NCBI GenBank assembly: GCA_028023455.1 | Contig: JAQFVV010000007.1 | Span: forward strand, 14,384,001 to 14,448,000 | Direction of reading: 5' to 3' | DNA: 64,000 bases | Origin: Epiperipatus broadwayi | Taxonomy: Eukaryota > Animalia > Onychophora | Shown here: positions 41,461 to 53,170 of the stretch, in pieces | Layout of the letters: every line of letters starts with the position of its first letter | Numbering within the stretch: the stretch's first letter is position 1 | Position numbers and translations under genes: made by a program | The notes under the pieces: model-generated | Database searches by the model: none | What the model was told of the DNA's origin: nothing | What the model saw: the letters and a program-made list of their open reading frames with translations, nothing else

Positions 41461-41564
41461 TTTTTTTTTCATGTGTCATAACATCGGCCGGGAAGCGAAC
41501 CTGCTAACCCGGGATAATTGCTTGTAAGGCAGCTGTGCTGACCTCTCGACCACCAACGCCTGAC
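41461..41564 (-). mobile_element. Short tRNA-Gly(TCC)-derived SINE or tRNA pseudogene, copy 1
   Basis: Minus strand GCGTTGGTGGTCGAGAGGTCAGCACAGCTGCCT-TAC-AAGCAATTATCCCGGGTT-AGCAGGTT-CGCTTCCCGGCCGATGT (41559-41481) aligns to metazoan tRNA-Gly-TCC. Followed by TATGACACATG and an A-tail. Confidence 0.75.
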
Positions 41565-41587
41565 AAAATAAAAATAAAATAAAATTG

Positions 41588-41698
41588 TTTTTTTTTCATA
41601 TGTCATAGCATCGGCCGGAATGCGAACCCACAACCGTCTGCGACCAACTACTTGCTTGCAAGGCAGTTGCGATGACCTCTTGGCTAACAACACTTGAC
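41588..41698 (-). mobile_element. tRNA-Gly-derived SINE, copy 2 (tandem)
   Basis: TAGCCAAGAGGTCA..CTGCCT-TGC-AAGCA..GGGTTCGCATTCCGGCCGATGCTATGACATATG plus A-tail. Confidence 0.75.
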
Positions 41699-42139
41699 TA
41701 AAATAAAGTTATTTAGCGCTGATATTTACAAAAATTCCAAAAATGTAGCAAATCAATTTAGCTTGTGAATACTCATATAAATAACAAAATTTCACCGATT
41801 ATTAATATAGATATCTTTATTTATATGATTCATGTCAGTTTAATGAAATGGAGGTTTTAACTTTTTCTAAAATATTACACATGGTAAAATGTGGTTGTTA
41901 TGCTAATACAAATAAGATATTCTAATCTTTCATTAAATTTAAAGTTTACATCTAGCCTAAAAATCATAGGACAATATATAGCTTCATAAATGATTATTAA
42001 TAATCATTAATATATTTATCTATAATGAAACTGTGAGAGATGTGATCTCAAGAAATGTAATACTTATAGATCAGATAGTAGGATTATATATATTTTATGC
42101 AACATAGATTTAACAATATAATTGGAATATTATTGCTCT

Positions 42140-44000
42140 ATATGATTTAGTTATTGTGGAATAATTCCAGACTGTGGAAAGTAAGGTACTCTTATTGATA
42201 TTCTTCTTAAGAGTTCCTGATCAATAAAATTATTTGATTATTTTTTTACTGGCAGTAACTATAGTGATGCAAACAATCATTGACAGATTGTATTCTCTAT
42301 GGAATAAACTTATAAAACATTTGAAAAGTGATTAGAGAAATAACATATCAGTTCTTATGCATAAACAACCAATGAACACCATTCATATTTTGGCATGGTG
42401 GAGGAGTAGTCATGTCTGGAATGTAAGACTACAGTTTAAACCCAGCACTGTCATTTCTGAAACTCAAACATCTTATAAACTTTTGATTCATAAAAATATT
42501 CCATTACTTTTAATGACCAATAAATGCTAATAACATTGAATGCTTTTAAGGAAAGATGGACTCAATTTGAAATCGTTATATCTCTTCAACCATAAACTAT
42601 CTATGAATGAACTTTTTATCATTTGAACAGGTTAGGCATAGATTTTTAAATGATTACCAGCAGATGTCTCTCCCATACACACAAAAGTCCTAGTGTGTCA
42701 TTTTGCAGGATGTTAACTTTGCTATACAAGACATTTTGCATTATTCAAATCAGTATGATTGAGACTGCAAATGCAGACAATGTTTAGTTGACTGGTTTTT
42801 TGCCATTCATCTACCAATGTGTTAGAGAATTCATAAGATGCACTGACAATTTTGGGAAAACAGAGTGTTGATATAAAAATAAGAGCACTAGTGATCTTTC
42901 AGTATAACCCATGTATGTTGAGCCATTGTTCCCATAGAGAAATTGTAATCTTTTGTACAACTTTCTGGCATATGTTATGACAATGTTTAATCATGAAGCA
43001 CTACTGATTGCAACTAATACATGCTCTTCATGAAGATGATAAAAAGATGTACAAAATTTCATATATGATGTTACAAAACTAAATCATACCAAGCAATAGT
43101 ATTCAATTATATTGTTAAATCTATGTTGTATATGAATATATATAATCCTACTATCTGATCTAAAAGTATTAAATTTCTTGACAATTTGATAACTCATTAA
43201 ACAATTTGTAACTTTTTATACAATAATAACATGTTGTTATCATGAAATATATTTCTTTACGACTAGGTCTATTGTCTTGAAATTCTCTGTACTTAAATAA
43301 GGAACTGTTGATGACTGTGAAAGTTATATATTATTATTTTAGAATGTGAGCATGATATCTAGAAAATTATTTACATCATGAAATAACATTCTGTTCTAAA
43401 ATCTTCAAGTAACTATTTGTTAATATATGTCCATGTAGTGCAATTATTGGGTTAAGAGAAGACCATAAGATGACATGCTTTATTCAGTTCTTATCTAACA
43501 ACATTATGGCTTCCTACATTTATATTTGCATCAGAAACGAGTAGTTTTGAAATGTCAATAATTTTCTATTAAGCAAATCCCATAATGGATTATTTTCATA
43601 TTAATTGGACTAATTGATGTTTACTTTATTTCTCTGGTCATTTGTAATGGTATGATATTTTAGATTATTGACTGCAATGTTTTGTTCAGTATATTAGTTT
43701 TCTTAATAAATCTTTACATCTGACCACTTAATTCTAAAAGCTTGCATTAGTTATCATTTTTGGGACAATTGATTCTGATCAGAAAATAGTTCAGTAGATT
43801 TAGATATCCATATCAAATTAAAGTCATCAAAAATTTTGCAATTATAAACTCAAGTTTAACATTTGTTTCCAGTATTAGAAAACCAATACCAACTTTTGAT
43901 AGATACCCTTACCATGTCTATACATTTTCATTTAATATGAAATTTATTCTGCCCTTCATGGTGTCAGATATATAGCAACTGTTCCCATTATTTTGTTTAG
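42140..44000 (-). mobile_element. Long decayed Penelope-like element (GIY-YIG remnant; probable RT remnant upstream)
   Basis: GSTYMGYTERSL (42924-42889; cf. YIGxTxRxL) and NHTDLNNAKCL (42760-42728). Frameshifted MG-SSLNPIIA at ~43450-43475 (cf. MGSPLSP) and FLDIML at ~43350. The RT part is weaker. Confidence 0.5.
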
Positions 44001-44535
44001 CTCTAAAATATAGTTATTAATATATTTTAATTTTACCTTTCTTCTTCTTTTACTTTTTATGCATATTAACAATGTAACCAATTTTTACTTTCAATAATTT
44101 ATTAATTAAATCAAATTTTTACAAATTACATATTGCTTTGTTGAATAGGAAGTAATAATATAGAATATATTAATTCTTTGAAATATGCTATTCAAATTTT
44201 CAATTAGTTATTATTATAAATTGCACTTATTAAATTTTAATAATTTGTTTTACTCGTTTATTACCTATTTTTTGTAATAGATTTAATAAAAATTTTATTA
44301 CTTTCTTTGATCTTCCCTCAATAATCATACAATTAGAACGTTTTCAAGGTGATTTATATATTAAATAGAATAGAATATTTTGAATTTATTAATATCATTG
44401 TCAACTGAAATTTTAAAATAACATCCTTTTTTAAGAAAATAATTACTGTATTCAGTATGAAAACATACTTTTTACGTGGACTTGGAAAAACAAAAAAGAA
44501 TAGTAATAATGGATTATAATTATTAACCATAACAG

Positions 44536-44568
<33 letters not shown>

Positions 44569-45269
44569 CCTTTTAAAAAAAATGTCACTACGAAATATTA
44601 AAGAAGCAAATTGCACATTGAGATTATAGAAACACATATATAATAAATTCGTGAATGCATAACGCTAAATGAGACTCAAATGTAGTAAATGAATAAACAC
44701 CAATGCTAGAAAATTGCAGCAACACTATCTGTATTTAGAAACAAAGTCTGATACACAATAATGTTTGAATCTTAATTGCCATGATTCAGACTTTGCGTTT
44801 CTAAATATAGGTAGTGCTGCTCAAACTTTTTAGCATTGGTAAGTATTTATTTATGTATATATATATATATAATCTATCTTACTAAAAAGACTTAATTATT
44901 TTATGTTTTATAAGATTTGATGCACTGCTAGGGTGGCAGACCCTAGAGCTTAAGGTTAGTTATGGTGGTCAGACTTCCTTTGAATTTTATTATTTTGCTC
45001 TGCTTGATTTTTGACTGATTCTGAATTTCAAGATCTGTGGATCATGGCTTCAGCTCTATCATTTCATATTTTTTCATAAGCTAGTGTGGTAATAAATATC
45101 CGAACTCACTCAAAGTTTATGGATCACAGTTCTATCTCTTCCATTTCTGGTTCTTAAACTTTTTAAGAACTTGCAATAAATCATATTAATGTCTATTATT
45201 TTGAAATCAAAATCTAAATGTGTTGGTTAAAAGATGAATCTTAGATTAAATCATTTTATGAGATGACTA

Positions 45270-45520
45270 TTCCTGTCAATGATCAATAACTTGATTATAG
45301 GGACCCATTTCTTTGTTGCTAAACATGTATTTGGACATAGAAATCAACATTCTATTATTATTGATTCAACAAGTTGGTGTTATCTGCTTATGATGATACA
45401 TTACACATTTTAAAACCAATAGGAGCCCTTCACTTAATAGCTAATTCCAGAATCATCTCTCATAAACTTGAGTGATTATCAGATGCAAATAAAATGTCTA
45501 TTTTTTATATTTAAATCCAT
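45270..45520 (+). mobile_element. Possible L1/Tx1-like RT fragment
   Basis: YRDP followed by LSAYDDTLHIL (cf. QGDP..SAYADD). Heavily decayed. Confidence 0.3.
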
Positions 45521-46224
45521 ATTCTTTTGTTTTTATTAGTAAGTTTTGTAATTGAAAGTGATGTTGCAATCAAATTTAACTCCATTTTTATATGTTGAGC
45601 TAAAAACCCAGAGTTTAAATAAATCTAAAGTCTTAAATCAAAGTCATCCTAGCAACTTACTTTTAGCACAACATTATGTGTCAAGCTGAAAACTTGAGCC
45701 TAAAAGTTTAGATTCTAAGTCAGTACTCTTGGTCTCAAAATCTTGCATTGATTTAAATTTCAGGTAGGCAGCTTGATAGATAAAATAGAGCTGCAGTAAA
45801 ATAAAGTTAAAGATATTTTCCTGGATGCTTATCTGCATTTCCTTTCAATTTAAAATCTCAAGCCTCAATAATAAAAACAAAAGCCAGAAACCAGATTCAA
45901 AAACTAATTGTAGTGAGTTTATTATATATTTGATTATCATTTTTAACTTCTGCATAGTTCGCATGACTCTAGAGTGGGCAACTGATCTTATACAGTTTAA
46001 AATGTACTTTTTTATGTGTTGTTATTAAAATACATTTTTCTACAATGACATCAATTTATTAAAATTTTAGGACACTCAATAGCTTTTTCCTACTGTAGTG
46101 ATAGAAGCCAGATCATTGTCATCTCCTTTTTTAATCACTATCATCCTTTCAAAATATTATATACTTTTTTATATATTGGATTGCCTCATAATGTGACTAT
46201 AAATTAAACAATATTAATCCAATT

Positions 46225-46405
46225 AGTTGTTGGTGAGACCTAGAAAGAGATCACATGTGAGATGGATGGATGAAGTAAGAAAGAGTGCCAGTTTGATGTT
46301 GAAAAGGAATGTTAGATATCAGAGAATATGATTTGAACTTGAAAAGAATTTCATCCTGCAATGAGTCAATAATAATGATGGTGATAACAACATCATCATC
46401 ATGAT
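46225..46405 (+). mobile_element. RTE-like LINE extreme 3' end with simple-repeat tail
   Basis: RPRKRSHVRWMDEVRKSASLMLKR..EKNFILQ* followed by an AAT/GAT/CAT-rich tail. Confidence 0.7.
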
Positions 46406-47699
46406 AACTTGTCAGTGAAGTAAGCATGAGATCAATGTTTATAGGAGTATGACATCTTCTTACCCAACAGTGAAGGCTAAAACAAGCACAATTGTATTTT
46501 TTTTTTACAGAAAGCTTTTACTAATGATTATTGAATGACTACCTCAGTTGATTATAGCCCAATTTCATATACATACATTAAAACTATACATTTCTAATGC
46601 TTTAACAATAGTATATAACATAAGATGGAATTATAGATGATGATCTTCCTCTGACTCATCCAGAAAGTAGCATGGATTATGCATTCCATATAAAATTCAA
46701 ATTTCATCTTGATGAATTGTTGGTGCAAAAGTACAAATTATTAAATTACGCAATAAAATCATTAATATGGACTTCAATATTTCTGAGGATAGCTGTGTTA
46801 GGATTACAGTCATTATGGTCTTAGGTTCTCAAATTAAAAAATGACTACATGTTAGTGGCAACTATGATAAACCTCAAATGACAAAAACACTCTGTATATA
46901 GCAATCTTATCTTCATCTAGGAAATACAATAATATAATTTTAGCTTAATATTGAGCATATATCAAAATCAAAAATGAAGATCCTCTACAAAGTAGTCAGC
47001 ACAACTTTGATGTAATTGTGTTTCAAAAGAATCATTATTCTACTAATAATGCATATCTTCTTAAAATGTTTGGATTAATATCAATTATTGATAGATTGCC
47101 TACTCAACAAAGTAAGGCTGTTTTTGCATCAACCATCTTATAAAGCAATTTTTTTTTAGTTGATGATAGTTTGAATGGTATTGCAATGGCCATTTGGATG
47201 GATAATTTTAAAAGTGTGCACTATTTATTAATCCTTTATATAATTAGACCTATCATTTTTTCCAGTTTTTTCTATATCTTTTGTATTTAAATAAGATTAT
47301 AAACCTCATAATAATATTCAGAGATATATAAGCACATGTCAGGAAGATTGCCAACTTTTAAAATGGATGGATTTAAGCAACATGTACTCATTTCATGATG
47401 CCAAACAAAAATAAACTTTTTATTGAGAAAGATAAGAAATAGAAGCAACTCCAGATAATATTTTTGTTTCAATAAATAATGATTTATCATTAACTGGTGA
47501 ATTATTATGTTACCTCCCCTTCATAGCAGTGAATTATATGATGAAATGTAAAGAAAAATAATTGGAGCTATATTTTTAATAGAATATTAATAAAATATTT
47601 CCATTTTCTTCATGTTATAAAATGTTTAACAAATTTATAACGATATCCAATGAATCCACCTCTTATATATTTTATGACAATAAAGCCAATTTTGTAGAT

Positions 47700-48275
47700 G
47701 ATAACAATCAACCCTTAAGATATCAACAATTTTAACCAGTACTCAAGGTATCTTCCTTTAAAATAAAGGTGGTACCACCTTCATCTATGGTTTGATATGT
47801 TTATGTAGATACTAAGCAACTTGACTAAGGGGTAGAGATTAATAATACAAAAAAGTTTAAACAAACCTCATTAATTAGGTATATATAGCCTGTTCTGAAA
47901 GCAGACTAATAAATAATCATTTATAACTTCCAAATTTCATATAAAGTATATACTTACTAAGACAATAAAGTCAATTACTCAAGACTTTATTAGGTTTATA
48001 ATTGACTATTTATTAATCTGCTTTCAGAAGCTGGAAGTTATAATTGACTATTTATTAATCTGTTTTGAGAACAGGTTACATTTGCCTGATTAATGGGATT
48101 TGTTTAAACTTCTTTGCATTATTAAGCACACACTTTTTAGCCAAGTTGTAATGTTTAGTCTCTATATAAACATATCAGACCATAGATAAAGGTGACACAC
48201 CTTTATTGTTAAAGGAGGTTGCCTTGACAACAGGCTGAGATTGTTGATAACTTAAGGATTGATGTTATTATCTCA
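47700..48275. repeat. Family B inverted pair (+ 47700-47945; - 47990-48275) with an internal 42 bp duplication
   Basis: Core on - strand CACCTTTATTGTTAAAGGAGGTTGCCTTGACAACAGG. TATAATTGACTATTTATTAATCTG occurs at 47997 and 48039. Confidence 0.8.
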
Positions 48276-51200
48276 TATATATCAAAATCAATTTATTCTA
48301 GGTTGGAAAAAAAAACAGAAATGCTTCTTATAATACAATATTTGTTTATCAAAGACCAAGAAATTCCAAAAAATCTTATAAAATGACTATAAGATGGCAA
48401 TGAAATGAAGAGATAAATAATAAAGAAATCAAAGTTTAAAATATACATTCATAAGAGCTAGCCACTTTTATAAATGTTTTATGAATATTTCTGTGACTTC
48501 TAACCAAGTAATCAATCATATATATCACATTTTAAAGCCCAAAATTAATAGAATTAACAAAAAGCATCATTAGAAGAGAATTGGCTTTTTTCCCACAATG
48601 TTCCTCTAATATCAACCTGATAAAACCTATAGTTTTTTGTGCACTTCAACATAATGCCTTTTATTATCATAAATCAGGAAAATTCCTGAGTGCAGATAGC
48701 ATAATTTCAGAGATTTTAAAAATGTAGGACTTAAAACCAAAACATGGTTGAAAACACTATTCATTAACATTTTTCAAAATCAAATAAACATCTTAATAAT
48801 TTAAAAAATGATCACTAATATCATTATTAAGTCAATAAACATCACATGATCACAATGCAGTACATATAGAGAGTTTTGCCTGTTTCAATATCATTATTAC
48901 ATGTTTCCCACAAACTTTTGGAAATATCATATTAACAAAAAACTTTCATTAATTAAGTAGGCAGTTTTAGGACAGCTAAAGGATAATATGAACATGTTTT
49001 ATATTTAACAACTCACTTATGAAAAGGCTTTTAGAATAAATTTAAAATTAATGCTACCTTTATTGATTTAATATTAGCTTATGGTTGTTTTAGAAAAACG
49101 ATCTGTAAATTGCAAAATTCTTAAATTCAGGAAAATCATTAATTTAGTGATAAAATGCTCCCAATAAAAAAAAATTTAAGTGATTTTCTATATGATAGTG
49201 ATAGTAAAGACAAAATTTTACAGAATAATCTTTTGCAAAGTTCTGTTTTCTTATTTACTTCATCCAGTTTCATAATACAGACTTATCAAAAGAGATCCCT
49301 TTTTAAAAAATAGAAACATCTTTGTATAAGTAATTGAAAATACTGGATTTTTTAAAATGTCTGTTGTCTTATTCCAAATCCAATGAGCACAGTACATTTA
49401 TAATGGAATCATTTTGTAATCTGAATGTAACATTTTGCAATAACTGACTTAAACACAATCTTACTCCATACTATCTAAGAGTAATACTGAATTGTAGTGC
49501 AACATTTCTCTCATTTGTTTAAAATTAAATCAAAAAATAATTTCTAGGTATAACCTACTTATAAAGGTAGCTGAAACTACATTGAGATATGATGCAACTA
49601 CTTTATACATAGCTTCCTTAGCATTATAATACTCTATTGACAAATACAATGCCTGTTGGTGAAAAAGTTCTCATCCAAGACTTCTAGGTATCAATTAAAT
49701 ATTATCACGAAGAACACTCTATTTTTTGATGTGGATTTCTGTTGTTTTTTTTTTTTTTTCATAAATTTGTCCACTTGATTATTAGAATAGAAATTGCCAA
49801 ACACTTGCAAATAACTTAAGATATATATAATTTCATCATCTAAGACTTGATTTAAATTAAGCTACCCTTTTGAATATTCAATCAAGAACCTCTATTTAAA
49901 GAACTATGACATCAAAAATTGAATTCTTATGGGGTTTCAAATAATTTTATTTTTTGATTCAATAAAAATACTATCTAGATTTAACCTTCTTAGACATCAT
50001 TACAATATTAACAACAGATTCAGAACAATCCATGGTCATTACACGCATACACTTTATAAACAGAATTTAACAACCACTTATTGGTTTATTTTAATGTAGA
50101 TAAACAAAATTCCTAAGATTCATAGTTAATGATTGTTTAGTCTATGACTGTAGTCTCAGAATTAAAGGATTTAACCTGCAATAGTTGTAAGAATTGTCAC
50201 ACACCAGTATAAATTATCAAATTCTTAATTTTATGGTCAGATGTCTGTATTAGTATGTTTCTAAGTTTGTCTCTATTTAAAAAATATCAAATTAGTTTCA
50301 ATTTAGCCATAAAGTATAATTTTTTTACCTCCAATTCAGGTTTAGCATTATCTCATAGCACTTGTAGTCTAAATAGCTATAAATTTTGCTGCCTTTTATA
50401 AATGATTGCTAATTGTTTTTCTACTCTATAAGACAAATATTACAAAACTTATTGTAACTAATGGAAACAATAATAAAAAAAAACTTTATTTTATTATAAT
50501 AACATTATAATAAATTAGTCAATTGAATAGAGTTTAACAAAAAAAAATTCATTTCTTCATTTTTGCAATTTTATGGCAATATTTTTTTCAATACAAGCAT
50601 TGTGTATAATAAAAAAAATCAAATTTAAAATGATATATATGCAACAAATACTCTTAGTCTTTATGCTTCTATACCACATTGTAGCCATTATGGGTTAATA
50701 AAAACCATAAATGAATCTCTCTCCTGGTTTTTTTATGATATTTTATTAACAGTCATTAGTTATGCTCTCAAAATAAAATTCATAATAAATAACTACATAA
50801 AATATTACCATTTGTAATAACACAACATGGATGACATTGGAGAACATTTTGTTTGAAAAAATCTAATTTACAAAGAGCAATCAGACACATTTCTTTTAAT
50901 GAATATCATTTTAATATTCTGAAATGGTGATATGAATTCTCTAAGTTTTTTAATATTTAAATGATATTTGATAAATTTGACTTTTTCTGGAAATTGAAGG
51001 ACCAGAAATGGCAATTTGGGTCACCATCCTTAAACCTCTAGCTCTAAAGTCTGCTCTCTACCTCTGCAACAAATTTCACTGAATGTTATTGTCATGACTT
51101 ATTTACCATTAAAAAAAATACATACTCTGTCTTCAAAACATTCCTATTGTTTATATGAGTGAGGGTTTTTAATATTCAAAACGAAAGCTCTTTTTTATTA

Positions 51201-52562
51201 TGTCTGTTACAAAGTATTTTTTAATGTTTTTATAGTAATTTACACTGTATGTGTTTCTGTCAGTATGTCTACATTTTATTTATTTTTTTTTTTTTTAAAA
51301 AACACACCCCCCCCCCAAAACCCCCCCAAAAAAAGAAAAAAAATTTTTTTTTTGAGAAAAAATTTTTTTAATATTCATTTAATTTATACTCAATTAAAAG
51401 GCCAGTACATAAATATTTTTAAATAGTAGATGATCACATGATACTTAAATTTAGATTCATTTGTTAAAAGATATATTTTTGTTTTCATGTCTTATTATTA
51501 AATTATAATTTTGGTCAGATTTTTTTGTAGTTTTAACAATTTTTTAAAATAATGTGTAAATACAACTACAAAGTAAAAAATTAATATGTCAAAAAAAAGA
51601 TTTTTTTTTTGTAAAAAATGTTTTTTTATATATAAATAGCCAATTAAAAAGTACAAAATAACAAAGCAATCCCTTTTGTGTTAATTTTCCTTTCTTGGAA
51701 AATATCAGAGATCTTAAGAATCTAGATTTGTTATAAAATAATTGGAAATTGCAGGAATGTAGTCATTTTATAAAGTATTTGAGGCTCAAATAAATTCTAA
51801 AAATCAAAAAAACTCAAATGCTTTTATGAAATGACAATATTTCTCAATTTCCAATTGTTTTGTAACAAGTCTAGATGCTCTGATATTATCCAGAAATGCA
51901 AATTAACTGAGAGAGGATTACTTTGTTATTTTGTACTTTTATTTACATAAAAGCTTTATTTTATATATATATATATATGTATATATATCCTATTATTCAA
52001 CATTTTCTGGAAACCATTACATTTTGTTTAAAACTCAGTTTTACTAAATATTGGTTATAATTCCTAATATGGATTTATTATTCCTGTCAAAAAGAAGGAA
52101 TATCTATTAAATTGTCCCATAATTGAACATTTGAAGATTTTTATAAAAGATAGTTTTTTAATGAAAGAAATTGTTTTAATTTTTATCTTTTGTTAAAAAA
52201 TTCATTATGTACAAAAATAATAAAATTTACTAATGACTTTGACTTTTCTTTTTTTTTTGTTATGTTTAGTTTTATGTAATACTATGTTATTATTAAATAT
52301 GAAGTTCTTTAAAAAAAACAATGTATAATAAAATAAAATTGATGAAAATATAATGTAATAATAGAATAGAGTGAAAATAAATTACTACATAATTAAAAAA
52401 ACAACCAAAATTGTATATATATATTGGATATTTGGTTAGGGTCTGGGTTTGATTCTTATGCTCTCTGGTCTGGCCAGCAACATCTGAAGAAAAGGAGAGA
52501 ATAATACTTCTAAAAACATTGTGCATATGCTAACCTGTGTGCTATTACTAACAGTTGAATGT

Positions 52563-52685
52563 ATTTGAAATATTTAAAAAAAGTTAAATTTTTCTAAAGA
52601 CATCCAATACTTGTATTAGATGGTGGAAATAGTCCAATATATAAGTACAACTAAACTACCATCATTACAAACCTTTAGGAAAACA
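52563..52685 (+). repeat. Dispersed repeat family I (second copy at 62483-62605)
   Basis: AATATTTAAAAAAAGTTAAATTTTTCTAAA..ATTAGATG(G/T)TGGAAATAGTCCAATAT is shared. Confidence 0.8.
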
Positions 52686-52899
52686 ACAACTAAACTTATT
52701 TGTTTTTAAATAAATAAATAAATAATTATTTATTTATAAATAAATAAAGGATATATCTATTACAACATAATCAATTACTTAATTATATTAAATGAGTAAA
52801 TAAAAAAAAATATTCATTCTGTCAGTAATAGAAATTTGAAATATTAAAGAAAACAATTGACATGATTTATTTGTGAATTTATAGATTAATATGTCAGCT

Positions 52900-53170
52900 A
52901 TTTTTATCAATGCATCTCAACTTTCACTACATATCTCTCAGGCAAGGTAGGGACAAATTTCTATCCACTTTCATACCTTGTAGAAGGGTGTACAATCTTT
53001 GCATACTAATAAAAATTATAAGTTTTGATTTTATCAATGCATCATTCATCTTTAGCTCAATCCTATCACAACCATTCATCTGTTCCAAAGTCAGACCAAC
53101 CTTCCACACTATTGATACATTAGAAATATAGACCCTTTCAAGTATGCCATATAGCAAATTTCCCAAGATT
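52900..53170 (-). mobile_element. Possible L1/Tx1-like post-RT fragment
   Basis: ORF 52927-53166 ILERVYISNVSIVWKV..KLIIFI..RNLSLP resembles the LS..GR..IN..SKLWY and F.W..R..L.LP..GGL patterns. Confidence 0.35.

Noticed and set aside
46900-47450. Possible very old LINE RT on the minus strand (SNY..TFKI, QPYFV)
   Set aside because: Too decayed to support.
51290-51370. C/A/T homopolymer run cluster
   Set aside because: Looks like low-quality consensus; no interpretable structure.
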